This document shows, one piece after another, positions 9,693-19,071 of a stretch of 64,000 bases of DNA. The notes beneath the pieces are model-generated. The model made no database searches and was not told where the DNA came from. It was given only the letters and a program-made list of their open reading frames with translations. The translations under genes and the position numbers were made by a program. Numbering within the stretch: position 1 is the stretch's first letter; each line of letters opens with the position of its first letter. The stretch is from the sequence record NC_010821.1; one strand, 5' to 3'.

Positions 9693-9717
9693 ATTTGAGA
9701 TTTATATTACTAAAGTG
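9693..9717 (+). promoter_or_regulatory. Early (virion RNAP) promoter
   Basis: ATTTGAGATT-TATATTAC-TAAA-GTG; first 19 nt identical to the 4631 promoter. Confidence 0.8.
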
Positions 9718-9738
9718 TCTATATGGTTGGAGGATTAA

Positions 9739-9918
9739 ATGTCGGAATCATTAGAACGGGTCATAAGTAAAAAATTACCTGACGGCAAACTATATGTAGA
9801 GGAAACTAACTTGAGTGAACATTGGCATCGGCATGTTAAAGAACATGGTCCGGGGCCAGAGGCTTATGCCCTTTACAACATAGTGATGTGTTACTTTGAG
9901 GAACATAAGAATGATTGA
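9739..9918 (+). CDS. 59-aa His-rich ORF (MSESLERVISKK…EHWHRHVKEHG…EEHKND) coupled to the RNAP gene
   Basis: GGAGGA RBS; stop overlaps the ATG at 9911; below the track length cut-off. Confidence 0.6.
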   Translation: MSESLERVISKKLPDGKLYVEETNLSEHWHRHVKEHGPGPEAYALYNIVMCYFEEHKND

Positions 9919-12022
9919 ACAGAAGCGCGTAGTCCGTGAATTGAAGAACCGTTATGTAGGTAACGGTATTATCGATCCATGGCTAGGTACGACATCCGCA
10001 GCTCGCGGCGCAATGTTGCTGGGCCAGATTACTCAGGCTCCTACAATCATTGGGGCGGAACAACGACTCTTTCAAACCGGTGGTGAGCTACGCTTCGGTG
10101 AACATAACTTCGATGTACGTATTCCAGAAGACTGTCAGATTCTGAACGTGGTTCGAAAGTATCCAACTGGTATGGGTGCAGATGCTATTCGACATAACCC
10201 AGAGACTACGATCGTTTATGAGAACTATTACGATGAGTTCAAAACTGTAGGTATCGTTAAGGTACCCGAGTTCATGAGCTTTCACCAGACGTTTGGTTTT
10301 AAGCTTAATAAAGCTAAAGACGTTTGGGATAACATTCATCCGGGTGCAATGGTTTCCAAAGATACCATTCTGGCCGAGTCGGCGGGTAAGTCTAAAGACG
10401 GTCACTTCTGTGCCGGTATGAACGTGAACGCATGTTTCATGTCGCACCATGCTACCATCGAGGACGGTTTCTGGATCTCTGATGAAATCCTTGAGCAATT
10501 CGCACCACACGCTTATGGTACAGCTATTGGTAGTTGTGGGCGAAAGAGCTTTCTGTTGAACGCTTATGGTAACAAACCATTCCCGGATATCGGCGATCGA
10601 ATCCGAGAAGACGGTGTTGTCTTTGCCATGCGGGATCTGTCGGATGACTTGGCTCCAGCTGAGATGACTAAGCGTGCATTGTCTGATATCGATCGTACCT
10701 TTGACCGTGTTGTAATCGGTGAACCAGGGGCTATCGTAAAAGACATCAAGATCTATCGTGATGAACGGCAGAACCCTAGTTTCATTCCATCTGGGATGGA
10801 GCCACAACTGGTTAAGTATTACGATGCTCTGTGCATGTACTATCGTGAAATTCTTCGCATCTATAATGACCTGAAGAAAAAGCGTAAAGATCGCCTGCGT
10901 ATTTCTGATGAGTTCAACCAACTGATCGTAGAAGCACTGATCTATCTACCGCAAGCTGAAGGCCAACGTAAGCTGACTCGTATGTATCGTCTTGAGCCTC
11001 TGGACGAATGGCGCATCGAGATCACTTATGAATCCCTGAAGCAACCAGGTGGTGCTTACAAGATCACTGACTTCTTCGGTGGTAAAGGTGTAGTATGTAA
11101 GACTTCTCCACGGTCTGAAATGCCAAGGGATGAGTTCGGTAATATAGCTGACGTGGTGATCTTCGGTGGTTCGACCATGCGTCGATCTAACTATGGTCGG
11201 ATTTATGAACATGGCTTCGGTGCTACTGTTCGTGATCTGTGTCAGCGTCTGCGGGTAGAGGCTGGATTTGATCGTCATGCTGAATTGAATAACATTGATT
11301 TCGCACAGTCCAAAGCATTTAATGATCCGGCATGGATCGAGTATGCATTCAACGAGTTCCAAGAACTCTGGTGGATCATTGCTCCAACCATGCATGAAAT
11401 CATGAAAGAGCATCCGAACCATAAAGAATACGTTAAGTCGGCGCTGCGTCAAGGTACTACTGTTGTTTATACACCGATCGATGATACCACTCACTTGCCA
11501 ACTGCAATGAATACTATCATCAACACCAAGTTCCGTCCGAACTATACTCCAGTTACTTATACTGATCCAGGTGGACGTGTGGTAACCACTAAGAACAACG
11601 TTCTGATTGGTCCACTGTACATGATGCTGTTGGAGAAGATTGGTGATGACTGGTCATCTGTAGCTTCTGTAAAAGTTCAACAGTTTGGTCTGCCGTCCAA
11701 GCTGAACAACTTTGACCGTTCCAGTACTCCTGGTCGTGAATCTGCTGTCCGGTCGTTCGGTGAGTCTGAGACTCGTTCGTATAACTGCACTGTAGGTCCT
11801 GAACCTACCATGGAATTGGTTGACCAGACCAACAATCCATTGGCTCACGTTGAAGTCGTTGAACAGTTCTTGACTCAAGAGAAACCGACCCGTATTGATC
11901 GGGCTGTCGATCGGAAGAAGATTCCGTTCGGTAACTCTCGTCCAGTCAGTCTGCTGAACCACATGATGCAAACTCGCGGTATTGAATTTAAATATGCGTC
12001 GAGTCCATCGGCATCGCACTAA
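9911..12022 (+). CDS. Non-virion RNA polymerase beta subunit, C-terminal half (phiKZ gp71-73-like), uninterrupted
   Basis: RpoB motifs YKITDFFGGKGVV, IGPLYMMLLEK, RSFGESETR. Confidence 0.9.
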   Translation: MIEQKRVVRELKNRYVGNGIIDPWLGTTSAARGAMLLGQITQAPTIIGAEQRLFQTGGELRFGEHNFDVRIPEDCQILNVVRKYPTGMGADAIRHNPETTIVYENYYDEFKTVGIVKVPEFMSFHQTFGFKLNKAKDVWDNIHPGAMVSKDTILAESAGKSKDGHFCAGMNVNACFMSHHATIEDGFWISDEILEQFAPHAYGTAIGSCGRKSFLLNAYGNKPFPDIGDRIREDGVVFAMRDLSDDLAPAEMTKRALSDIDRTFDRVVIGEPGAIVKDIKIYRDERQNPSFIPSGMEPQLVKYYDALCMYYREILRIYNDLKKKRKDRLRISDEFNQLIVEALIYLPQAEGQRKLTRMYRLEPLDEWRIEITYESLKQPGGAYKITDFFGGKGVVCKTSPRSEMPRDEFGNIADVVIFGGSTMRRSNYGRIYEHGFGATVRDLCQRLRVEAGFDRHAELNNIDFAQSKAFNDPAWIEYAFNEFQELWWIIAPTMHEIMKEHPNHKEYVKSALRQGTTVVYTPIDDTTHLPTAMNTIINTKFRPNYTPVTYTDPGGRVVTTKNNVLIGPLYMMLLEKIGDDWSSVASVKVQQFGLPSKLNNFDRSSTPGRESAVRSFGESETRSYNCTVGPEPTMELVDQTNNPLAHVEVVEQFLTQEKPTRIDRAVDRKKIPFGNSRPVSLLNHMMQTRGIEFKYASSPSASH

Positions 12023-12032
12023 GAGGTAATGC

Positions 12033-14012
12033 ATGCGTAAGTTGAATGTATATGATGCACGCGCACTGGTCAACATGTCTTATGATGACCTATACGCAAT
12101 CCCGTCTGAATGGCATACCATCAAGTTTGCCGATGGTGAACTGACTGTAAAAGATCGGATCACTAAACTAACCGCTTGGCTGTGGAGTCCCTTTCGGGGA
12201 TTCCCAGACGTACCAATCCTTAAGGAACATCATCTAAACGATCAACGCGTAACTGCTAAATCTTTGGTGAAGCTGGTTGAGAAAATCATCTGGCATATCC
12301 ATGCAACTAACCCAACACCAGTAGATCCTGAACTGTTGGCACGCTTGGCGATTGAAGCTACTAACAACTTCTATAACCAAGCAACCATTCAGCTGGGTGA
12401 GTACGTTGCAACACTCAGTATGTTTGAGATCAATGAACTATGGTGGCATCCTCGTGTTCGGGAAGCTAACACTGATATCGATCCAACGACTTATGGTATC
12501 GAACAAGTCTGCTATAAAGAGCTTAAAGACGTGTTCATGGACCCAGGTGAGTTCAAGGGTAACTCCATCACTGAAGGTCTTAAGTCTGGTACTCAAAAGC
12601 TGGATTCGTTGTATCAGGCATTCGGTGCTCGTGGTTTCCCAACTGACATCGACTCGGCGATCTTCCCTGAACCGGTACTGACTGGTTACATCGAAGGTAT
12701 CTGGGGGCTCTATGAAAACATGGTTGAGTCTCGGTCTGGTACCAAAGCTCTTCTATATAACAAAGAGTTGTTGCGTGTAACCGAGTACTTTAACCGGAAG
12801 TCTCAGCTGATCGCTCAGTATGTAAACCATCTGCATTATGGTGACTGTGGTGCCGAGTATATCTCCTTCCCGGTGATGAAAGGTTATCTCAAAGCCATGA
12901 ACGGTAAGTTCTATCTGAACGAAACCACTGGTAAGATGGATGTACTGACTGGTAATGAAACTCATCTGATCGGTAAACGAATCAAGATGCGTTCTGTGGT
13001 TGGTTGCGTGCATCCTGATCCTCAGGGTATCTGCTCTACGTGTTATGGTCTGCTTGCAGATAACATTCCACGTGGTACCAACATCGGTCAAGTAGCGGCT
13101 GTATCCATGGGTGACAAAATTACTTCGTCTGTATTGTCTACTAAACACACCGATGCTACATCGGCTGTTGAGCAATACAAGCTGGGTGGTATTGAAGCCA
13201 AGTATCTTCGTGAGGGTACGCTATCGGAAACACTCTATCTGAAACCTGAGTTAGCAGGTATGGGTTATAAGTTGATGATCTCTAAGAATGAAGCCTCTAA
13301 CTTGGCAGACGTTCTGATGATTGAAAACTTGCATGGTTATCCACCAAGCTCCGCTACTGAGATGACTAAGATTGGTTTGGTTCGTCAAGTTGATGGTGTA
13401 GACGTCGGGGACGTTCTGACTGTTAGTTTGTATAACCGTAAAGCTAGTCTGTCGCTCGAAGTGTTGAAGCATGTTAAGAAAGTGCAATGGCAGCCAGACG
13501 ATCGTGGTAACATCGTGATTGATCTTGATGGTTTCGACCACACACAACCATTCCTAACGTTGCCATATAAACACGTTAACATGTATGAAGTAATGAAGCG
13601 AATTCAAAGCTTCTTGCATTCGGGTTCGGATACCGAAGGTTCTAAACTGAGTTCCGACAAGGTAGGTTTTACTAGCAAGACCTATCTTAAGAACTACGAA
13701 AACGTCATTGAAGGTGTAGTCGCAACAGCATCGTTGATCAACGAAAAGATTAATTTGCCATTGGTACACTGTGAAGTATTGGCGTATGCTATGACAATTA
13801 AATCTGCTCAGCGTAAGGACTATAACCTGCCTAAGCCTGGTTACCTAGGTCAGTTTGAGAAATATAACAAGCTGATGCATTCACGTGACTTGGCTGGTAC
13901 GATGGCCTTTGAGAAACAGCATGAGCCTTTCGCAAACCCAGCAAGCTTCCTCTATACTGAACGTAACGATCATCCATATGGTCTTATGGTAAGAGGTGGA
14001 CAGCTCAACTAA
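12033..14012 (+). CDS. Non-virion RNA polymerase beta' subunit, C-terminal part (phiKZ gp74-like)
   Basis: QAFGARG, bridge-helix-like ESRSGTKALL…YFNRK, Zn motif C…GICSTCYG, trigger-loop-like IGQVAAVSMGDKITSSVLSTKH. Confidence 0.9.
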   Translation: MRKLNVYDARALVNMSYDDLYAIPSEWHTIKFADGELTVKDRITKLTAWLWSPFRGFPDVPILKEHHLNDQRVTAKSLVKLVEKIIWHIHATNPTPVDPELLARLAIEATNNFYNQATIQLGEYVATLSMFEINELWWHPRVREANTDIDPTTYGIEQVCYKELKDVFMDPGEFKGNSITEGLKSGTQKLDSLYQAFGARGFPTDIDSAIFPEPVLTGYIEGIWGLYENMVESRSGTKALLYNKELLRVTEYFNRKSQLIAQYVNHLHYGDCGAEYISFPVMKGYLKAMNGKFYLNETTGKMDVLTGNETHLIGKRIKMRSVVGCVHPDPQGICSTCYGLLADNIPRGTNIGQVAAVSMGDKITSSVLSTKHTDATSAVEQYKLGGIEAKYLREGTLSETLYLKPELAGMGYKLMISKNEASNLADVLMIENLHGYPPSSATEMTKIGLVRQVDGVDVGDVLTVSLYNRKASLSLEVLKHVKKVQWQPDDRGNIVIDLDGFDHTQPFLTLPYKHVNMYEVMKRIQSFLHSGSDTEGSKLSSDKVGFTSKTYLKNYENVIEGVVATASLINEKINLPLVHCEVLAYAMTIKSAQRKDYNLPKPGYLGQFEKYNKLMHSRDLAGTMAFEKQHEPFANPASFLYTERNDHPYGLMVRGGQLN

Positions 14013-14029
14013 ACTGGAGGTCGAGGTGA

Positions 14030-14070
14030 CGGGGGAGCTTCGGCTCCCCCGTAGTCTCGTTTTAATTTTT
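14030..14070 (+). terminator. Terminator after the nvRNAP genes
   Basis: CGGGGGAGC-ttcg-GCTCCCCCG then a T-rich run. Confidence 0.75.
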
Positions 14071-14071
14071 T

Positions 14072-15613
14072 ATGAAGCCCTTATTAATCGCAGAACGCTA
14101 TACTCACGGGGTACGCTTATCGGGATATACGCGAGAAACATTCGACAAAATGGCTGCGTTCCTTGAGGGACTAAACCTTAAAGAACCTAAGAAGCTTCCG
14201 GGTAACCGAATGGTGATGGAGCTTAAGAAACGTTACTATGGTGTATTCGAAGACTTGTCGGAAGTATACATCCACCGTAACAGTTTACCTGATCTGATCG
14301 GTTATCTTGAAAATCGAAACATTCCAAAAGAGTGTATCGAGATCATCGACATTCCGGTGCCTACACCAGCGACAGCTCACTACGACATGTTCGAGATGTT
14401 TGTTCTACGGGACTATCAAGAACTAATCGTTGAGGACATCCTCAGGCCACAATACCACTCTGCACGTGTTGACTTGCAGACAGGTAAAGGTAAGACACTG
14501 AGTGCTCTTGCAGCGCTTGCTAGACGCAAATGCCGGTGTGTTGTAATGGTGCCACCTAAGTACTTCGGTATTTGGATTAAAGCTCTTAAGGAGACCTACA
14601 AGGGCTATACCGACGAGTCTTTGAACTGGATGACCGTATCTGGTTCAGCCGAACTACAGAAACTTATTGACCGAGGTATTGAAAATGATCTTGAAGGGGT
14701 TGACGTCATCGTCATCTCTAACGTTACTTACCGCTCGTATATCGACAACTACGAGAAGTATGGGTCAAAGATTAGTGGACTTGGCTATAACTGTCCGCCT
14801 CCGCGATTCCATGAAGCCATTGGCGCTGGATTCCAAATCAACGACGAAATCCAAGAAGATCCAGGACTTGTGTTTCGTATTGACATGTACACTAACGTTA
14901 ATCTTCAAGTTTATCTGTCTGCTACTCCTTTCACAGGTAATGCCTATGTAACTAAGATGATTGATAAGATGCTTCCACCGGACACCATGGTACGGTTGCC
15001 GAATCTGGACGTCTATATCAACGCAATGTGTCTAAGGTACTGTGAACCGGGTATTAAACCTAAAGACTATCTGACTCCGTTTAAGAACACGTATAACCAT
15101 GCGCGTTATGAAACGCAGATGATGAAAGATAAGAAACGACTACATGCTTACAAAACGATGGTGGGTAATATCACTAAAGGTTTGTTTGTTAATGACATGC
15201 TTCCTAAACAGAAGCTATTGTTGTTGTGTGCTACTGTAGCATTCATCGACGAGATAGTAGCTTATCTAAAAGAGCGATTCCCTGATCTACAGATTAATGG
15301 GCATTACTCAGGTAGTCCGTTTGAAAGGCTACAAAAGAATGATATCACTGTATCCACGATTAAGTCGTCGGGTACTGGTGTAGACATTCACAACTTACGT
15401 GAAGTAGGTCTGTTACAGGCTACCGACTCTAAGAAGGATAATATCCAGATCTTAGGTCGGCTACGTAAGTTAAAAGACTACCCTGATGTTGTACCACGTT
15501 TAACCTTCTTAGCTTGTGAATCGATACCGCACCACATGCGTTACGCTGCAAGCAAGCGTGATCATTTCGATGGTCGTGTGCTAAACATGAAAACCATGCG
15601 CATCAACATGTAA
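14072..15613 (+). CDS. Superfamily 2 helicase (phiKZ gp75-like)
   Basis: Q motif LRDYQ, motif I TGKGKT, motif II NDEIQ, motif III SATP, motif VI QILGRLR. Confidence 0.88.
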   Translation: MKPLLIAERYTHGVRLSGYTRETFDKMAAFLEGLNLKEPKKLPGNRMVMELKKRYYGVFEDLSEVYIHRNSLPDLIGYLENRNIPKECIEIIDIPVPTPATAHYDMFEMFVLRDYQELIVEDILRPQYHSARVDLQTGKGKTLSALAALARRKCRCVVMVPPKYFGIWIKALKETYKGYTDESLNWMTVSGSAELQKLIDRGIENDLEGVDVIVISNVTYRSYIDNYEKYGSKISGLGYNCPPPRFHEAIGAGFQINDEIQEDPGLVFRIDMYTNVNLQVYLSATPFTGNAYVTKMIDKMLPPDTMVRLPNLDVYINAMCLRYCEPGIKPKDYLTPFKNTYNHARYETQMMKDKKRLHAYKTMVGNITKGLFVNDMLPKQKLLLLCATVAFIDEIVAYLKERFPDLQINGHYSGSPFERLQKNDITVSTIKSSGTGVDIHNLREVGLLQATDSKKDNIQILGRLRKLKDYPDVVPRLTFLACESIPHHMRYAASKRDHFDGRVLNMKTMRINM

Positions 15614-15617
15614 GCTC

Positions 15618-15641
15618 GTCCTCCCCTAGGGGAGGACTTTA
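15618..15641 (+). terminator. Terminator after the helicase
   Basis: GTCCTCCC-ctag-GGGAGGAC followed by TTTA. Confidence 0.7.
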
Positions 15642-15658
15642 TTCCGTCGAGGTGAAAG

Positions 15659-15892
15659 ATGTTTCCAAACGCAACTTTAGAAGAACTGTCATTGGGTGGA
15701 TTCTATGGTCTATTGCTAATCCTAGCATTCAACCTGATTGTCCTTCTAATAAAGGTGGTAGGGTTCAATAGGGGGACGTATGAGGATCAGAAATCCATTA
15801 ATGATACGTTAGAGTGGTTAAGGATTTGGGGCACCTTAACGATCCTTGTAGCGGCTATCTACTTTATCGTCTATGTTGTCCCATGGCATTAA
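15659..15892 (+). CDS. Small two-TM membrane protein
   Basis: 77 aa, two hydrophobic stretches, GAGGTG RBS. Confidence 0.7.
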   Translation: MFPNATLEELSLGGFYGLLLILAFNLIVLLIKVVGFNRGTYEDQKSINDTLEWLRIWGTLTILVAAIYFIVYVVPWH

Positions 15893-15904
15893 CTAATAGA
15901 ACCC

Positions 15905-15929
15905 ATCTTAGGCCTATATTACTTCTGTG
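15905..15929 (+). promoter_or_regulatory. Early promoter
   Basis: ATCTTAGGCC-TATATTAC-TTCT-GTG. Confidence 0.75.
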
Positions 15930-15948
15930 AATAAACAGGAGGTGTATT

Positions 15949-16161
15949 ATGGTCTTCATCGTAATTATTGTACTGTTGTTTGATCTGGTCATGGTGTCTA
16001 AGATTCTAGGATCGATGATTCGTGCCGACTTTAATCCAGCTGTTTACATCAATACCAAGTTTTGGGTGAGGATCGGTATCCTGATTATATTCCATGTGGT
16101 GATGGCAATCATCTCTGGATTCACTTTTTACATTGGTGCGATTGTAAGGGCGACTTTGTGA
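15949..16161 (+). CDS. Small two-TM membrane protein
   Basis: 70 aa, highly hydrophobic, AGGAGG RBS. Confidence 0.75.
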   Translation: MVFIVIIVLLFDLVMVSKILGSMIRADFNPAVYINTKFWVRIGILIIFHVVMAIISGFTFYIGAIVRATL

Positions 16162-16171
16162 GGTATGGGGC

Positions 16172-16378
16172 ATGATGAATGTGGTTTTTAAATATCGCAT
16201 GAAGGTTAAGGCTGATAGTATATTTGACTTAACCAACCGCGGTTACGTAGTCAATCAAAATGACTGCGTTGAAGGTGAATTCTGGTTGCTGACCAACAGT
16301 CCTAAATACCTGACCTCTTTTGTTGAGAGCGATGGTTTTGAAGTGGTGGTGGCAGCTGAAGAAATCCCCATGGCCTAA
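16172..16378 (+). CDS. Hypothetical protein
   Basis: 68-aa ORF with upstream GAGG, ends at a terminator. Confidence 0.65.
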   Translation: MMNVVFKYRMKVKADSIFDLTNRGYVVNQNDCVEGEFWLLTNSPKYLTSFVESDGFEVVVAAEEIPMA

Positions 16379-16381
16379 CGA

Positions 16382-16430
16382 CATAAAGCCCCTCCGAAAG
16401 GAGGGGCAATATGTTTTATTTTTTTTTTCG
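16382..16430. terminator. Bidirectional terminator, CATA…TATG family
   Basis: CATA-AA-GCCCCTCC-gaaa-GGAGGGGC-AA-TATG between convergent genes, long T tract follows. Confidence 0.8.
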
Positions 16431-16892
16431 TTATCGAAGACCATTCAATAGTTGGTTTGCCTGAATACCTTCTTGCACTGACTTGGATTCACATAGCTCA
16501 GCCATGAATCTTGCATCATCAAAAGGTAGTTCAAAGTATTCCAATATACCTAGCCCTGTAACAATACCGATACGATAGTTAATAAACTTACGTATCCATG
16601 TCCGACGTGGTCCACCTTCAATAATATCTTCTTTAGGGTGCAGACGCACCAAGTCTAAAGGATCATCTGTCTGGTGGGTACTGATACCACGATCACGGTG
16701 GTATGCCTTGCGGGTTACCATCTGAGTCACGACTGAACGCATTGGTCCGGTTTCCATATAGACCCGTTCCAATTCAGAGTTCTCGACTTCCTGTAATCCA
16801 AATGTGGCCATTGTTACATGGCCATCATTATCACGGAGGTCAATCTTCAGTCGACTGGCTTTAGGATCTTTTACCTCACCGGTATCGATCAA
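16431..16892 (-). CDS. Conserved hypothetical protein (phiKZ gp76-like position)
   Basis: 153-aa ORF overlapping the upstream gene by 4 nt. Confidence 0.7.
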   Translation of the reverse strand: MIDTGEVKDPKASRLKIDLRDNDGHVTMATFGLQEVENSELERVYMETGPMRSVVTQMVTRKAYHRDRGISTHQTDDPLDLVRLHPKEDIIEGGPRRTWIRKFINYRIGIVTGLGILEYFELPFDDARFMAELCESKSVQEGIQANQLLNGLR

Positions 16893-18472
16893 GCAACTCT
16901 CTGGCCCGCTAACGTAAAAAAAGTTGCGAGCATGTCCAGCGGTACCAAGTGTGGTAACCGTTCATTATAAGTCAGGCCTTGCGGAGACTTACATTCTGGA
17001 CAGTTATGGGATGGCAATGCGCACAGACCAATGATGGTTTCGTTGGAGTAAGCGTTAACGCCGTCAACGAACCGTTCAAAGTATTCGTGCTCAGAGATCG
17101 TCGAGGAGATAAAGTCCATGATGATCTCTTGGTCATCAGTAAAGAACTGATCTTCCAGATTGGAAGTGTTCTCGTCCTTCAGATAGATCGCTTCAACCCA
17201 ATGTGAGTACTGTGTAGCTTTAGTCGCATGTTGCAAACGTCGGATGTACTCGTAACGTTGACCGCCTTCAGGTGATTCGTTAAATGCGCCTTTAGACATC
17301 TCGATCAGGGTATCGTACCACAGCTTAGCCGAGATACGACGTTTAGCAATACTAGGTGGCGCGATCTTGATACCAACCTCACCCATCCAGTTAATCTTAG
17401 GATTACCGATGGTGAAAGCTTCACGATAGGCTTTGAAGTCATCATCACTAGCCGGAGCGAACTGCTTAGCGATGTGGCGACGTTGTTCTTTGGTGAACAC
17501 CGCATCGTCGAAGAATACGACGTTGGACATGTTCATCTTGAACTCAGTTACGCCGTTACACTTATCAGGATCGGCAATGCAAGGGACGCTGTAGTTAAAC
17601 CCATCAGGGTACATGACGGCAGCCAATGCATGGTGCAATAGACTTTCGTCAAAAATGGACATTTCATGTTCAAGGTCACTCGGGGTAGTGTAATGACGGT
17701 TGGACGCTACGATGCAATTCAGAGCGAGGTCGGTTACAGCATCCAGCATACGGAAGCTTGCATGGGAGAAAGCCAAGCCTTTGGTATCGTTACCCAACTT
17801 AACACGCAGGGTTTGCAGTTCAGTCTGCATTGCTACCACTTCACCCAACGATGGGCGACGCAGGCGTACCCAAATACCAGAGTGTGGCAGGAAGGCTTCG
17901 TAGTTACCACCAAGACCCGCTTTCCAACTCAGGAATGCCAGAGCGGATTCTTTAGAGTTCTTCTTAGACTTATCGTAGACCTGTTGTGGACGGCCAGGGC
18001 GTACAAGCTGCTGATGTCCAGGAATAGAGATACCATCGCGCCAGTGCGATTCAGGACGCTCTGTAGCCCCCAATGGGGTTTCATCCAGAGACAGGTGATT
18101 CATACCAGCGAAGAGATTAGCTAGCCAGATGTCATCGTGTTCGTTGGTAACCAAGTTACCCGAATGCATTGCATCCAACAGCATGCTATTTCGCTCAAGC
18201 ACTTTGTTAACGTTACGATACGATTCTTGAATAATCGACATAATCGGTCGAGTATCTTTAATCGGAGTACCACAAGCCCGACGTTCCTGCGAGAAATTAA
18301 CAGCAGGTTGCTCAGGCTTGAAAAGAGGTTTCTCTGGAATCTCCAAAGAAGGTGGGAGATCAAAAATCTCCCCAGTAGGACCCGCTTCACCAGTAATGCC
18401 AGTTTCACTGGCTACACTAGCTTCTTGAAACTCATTGGTGTAGTTGTCTTCTTTGTCAAATTCATCATGCAT
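16889..18472 (-). CDS. phiKZ gp77-like protein; T4 gp26-like baseplate hub assembly domain suspected
   Basis: 527 aa; Cys clusters CIADPDKC and CALPSHNCPEC; LRRPSLGE motif. Confidence 0.6.
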   Translation of the reverse strand: MHDEFDKEDNYTNEFQEASVASETGITGEAGPTGEIFDLPPSLEIPEKPLFKPEQPAVNFSQERRACGTPIKDTRPIMSIIQESYRNVNKVLERNSMLLDAMHSGNLVTNEHDDIWLANLFAGMNHLSLDETPLGATERPESHWRDGISIPGHQQLVRPGRPQQVYDKSKKNSKESALAFLSWKAGLGGNYEAFLPHSGIWVRLRRPSLGEVVAMQTELQTLRVKLGNDTKGLAFSHASFRMLDAVTDLALNCIVASNRHYTTPSDLEHEMSIFDESLLHHALAAVMYPDGFNYSVPCIADPDKCNGVTEFKMNMSNVVFFDDAVFTKEQRRHIAKQFAPASDDDFKAYREAFTIGNPKINWMGEVGIKIAPPSIAKRRISAKLWYDTLIEMSKGAFNESPEGGQRYEYIRRLQHATKATQYSHWVEAIYLKDENTSNLEDQFFTDDQEIIMDFISSTISEHEYFERFVDGVNAYSNETIIGLCALPSHNCPECKSPQGLTYNERLPHLVPLDMLATFFTLAGQRVA

Positions 18473-18938
18473 CTTTCTTTTCCTCGATGGTCAGCTCAGT
18501 AATACCAACAGCTTCCAGATCAGCTACGATGTTCAGCATCAGTGGATGGATGGCTTGCTCCAAGTGACCCTGTACTTTGGTATAGCCTAGAGTAAGGCCG
18601 TTAACCAAGCTCAGTTCGGCTTCTGTAGGAGTACCCTTTTTACCCTCGTGGTGCTCATACAGACCAACCAGTGCTTGGGAGATGTTCTTTACGTCTTTGC
18701 GGAGAGTATTGTATTTTGCCTCAAACCCTTCTGGGTCTGTCAACAGAGCTTTGTATTTTTCCAGATTCACACTGATTGGGTAAATAACCAGTGCGGTTGC
18801 ATTGATACCTTCAGCCAGCGCACGACCCATCTCAGCGACGATGTCCCAGCCAGCTTGTTTGATGAGTTCTTGTGCGGCCTCAGCAGACTTGTCTGCTACT
18901 TCTTCGGTGATGAGTTCGGCGGCGTTGATTGGTTGCAT
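18465..18938 (-). CDS. Conserved hypothetical alpha-helical protein
   Basis: 157 aa, AAGGA RBS, highly expressed-type codon usage. Confidence 0.75.
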   Translation of the reverse strand: MQPINAAELITEEVADKSAEAAQELIKQAGWDIVAEMGRALAEGINATALVIYPISVNLEKYKALLTDPEGFEAKYNTLRKDVKNISQALVGLYEHHEGKKGTPTEAELSLVNGLTLGYTKVQGHLEQAIHPLMLNIVADLEAVGITELTIEEKKDA

Positions 18939-18989
18939 TTTGTAATCCTTAAATCGATTTGGGAATTTGTGTTGTTAACATAGATATAA

Positions 18990-19006
18990 CACGATAGGTA
19001 AACTTT
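18990..19006 (-). promoter_or_regulatory. Candidate middle promoter
   Basis: Minus strand AAAGTTTAC-CTATC-GTG fits the phiKZ middle consensus AAanntTAC. Confidence 0.4.
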
Positions 19007-19071
19007 ACTTTAATTTAAACACTACCTACTACCATAACGGTATGTTAAAACATCTACTATTAGGTAACTAA

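Noticed and set aside
14060-14074. TATG overlapping the helicase start as a late promoter
   Set aside because: A start site at the G would fall inside the start codon; more likely just a U-rich, SD-less leader
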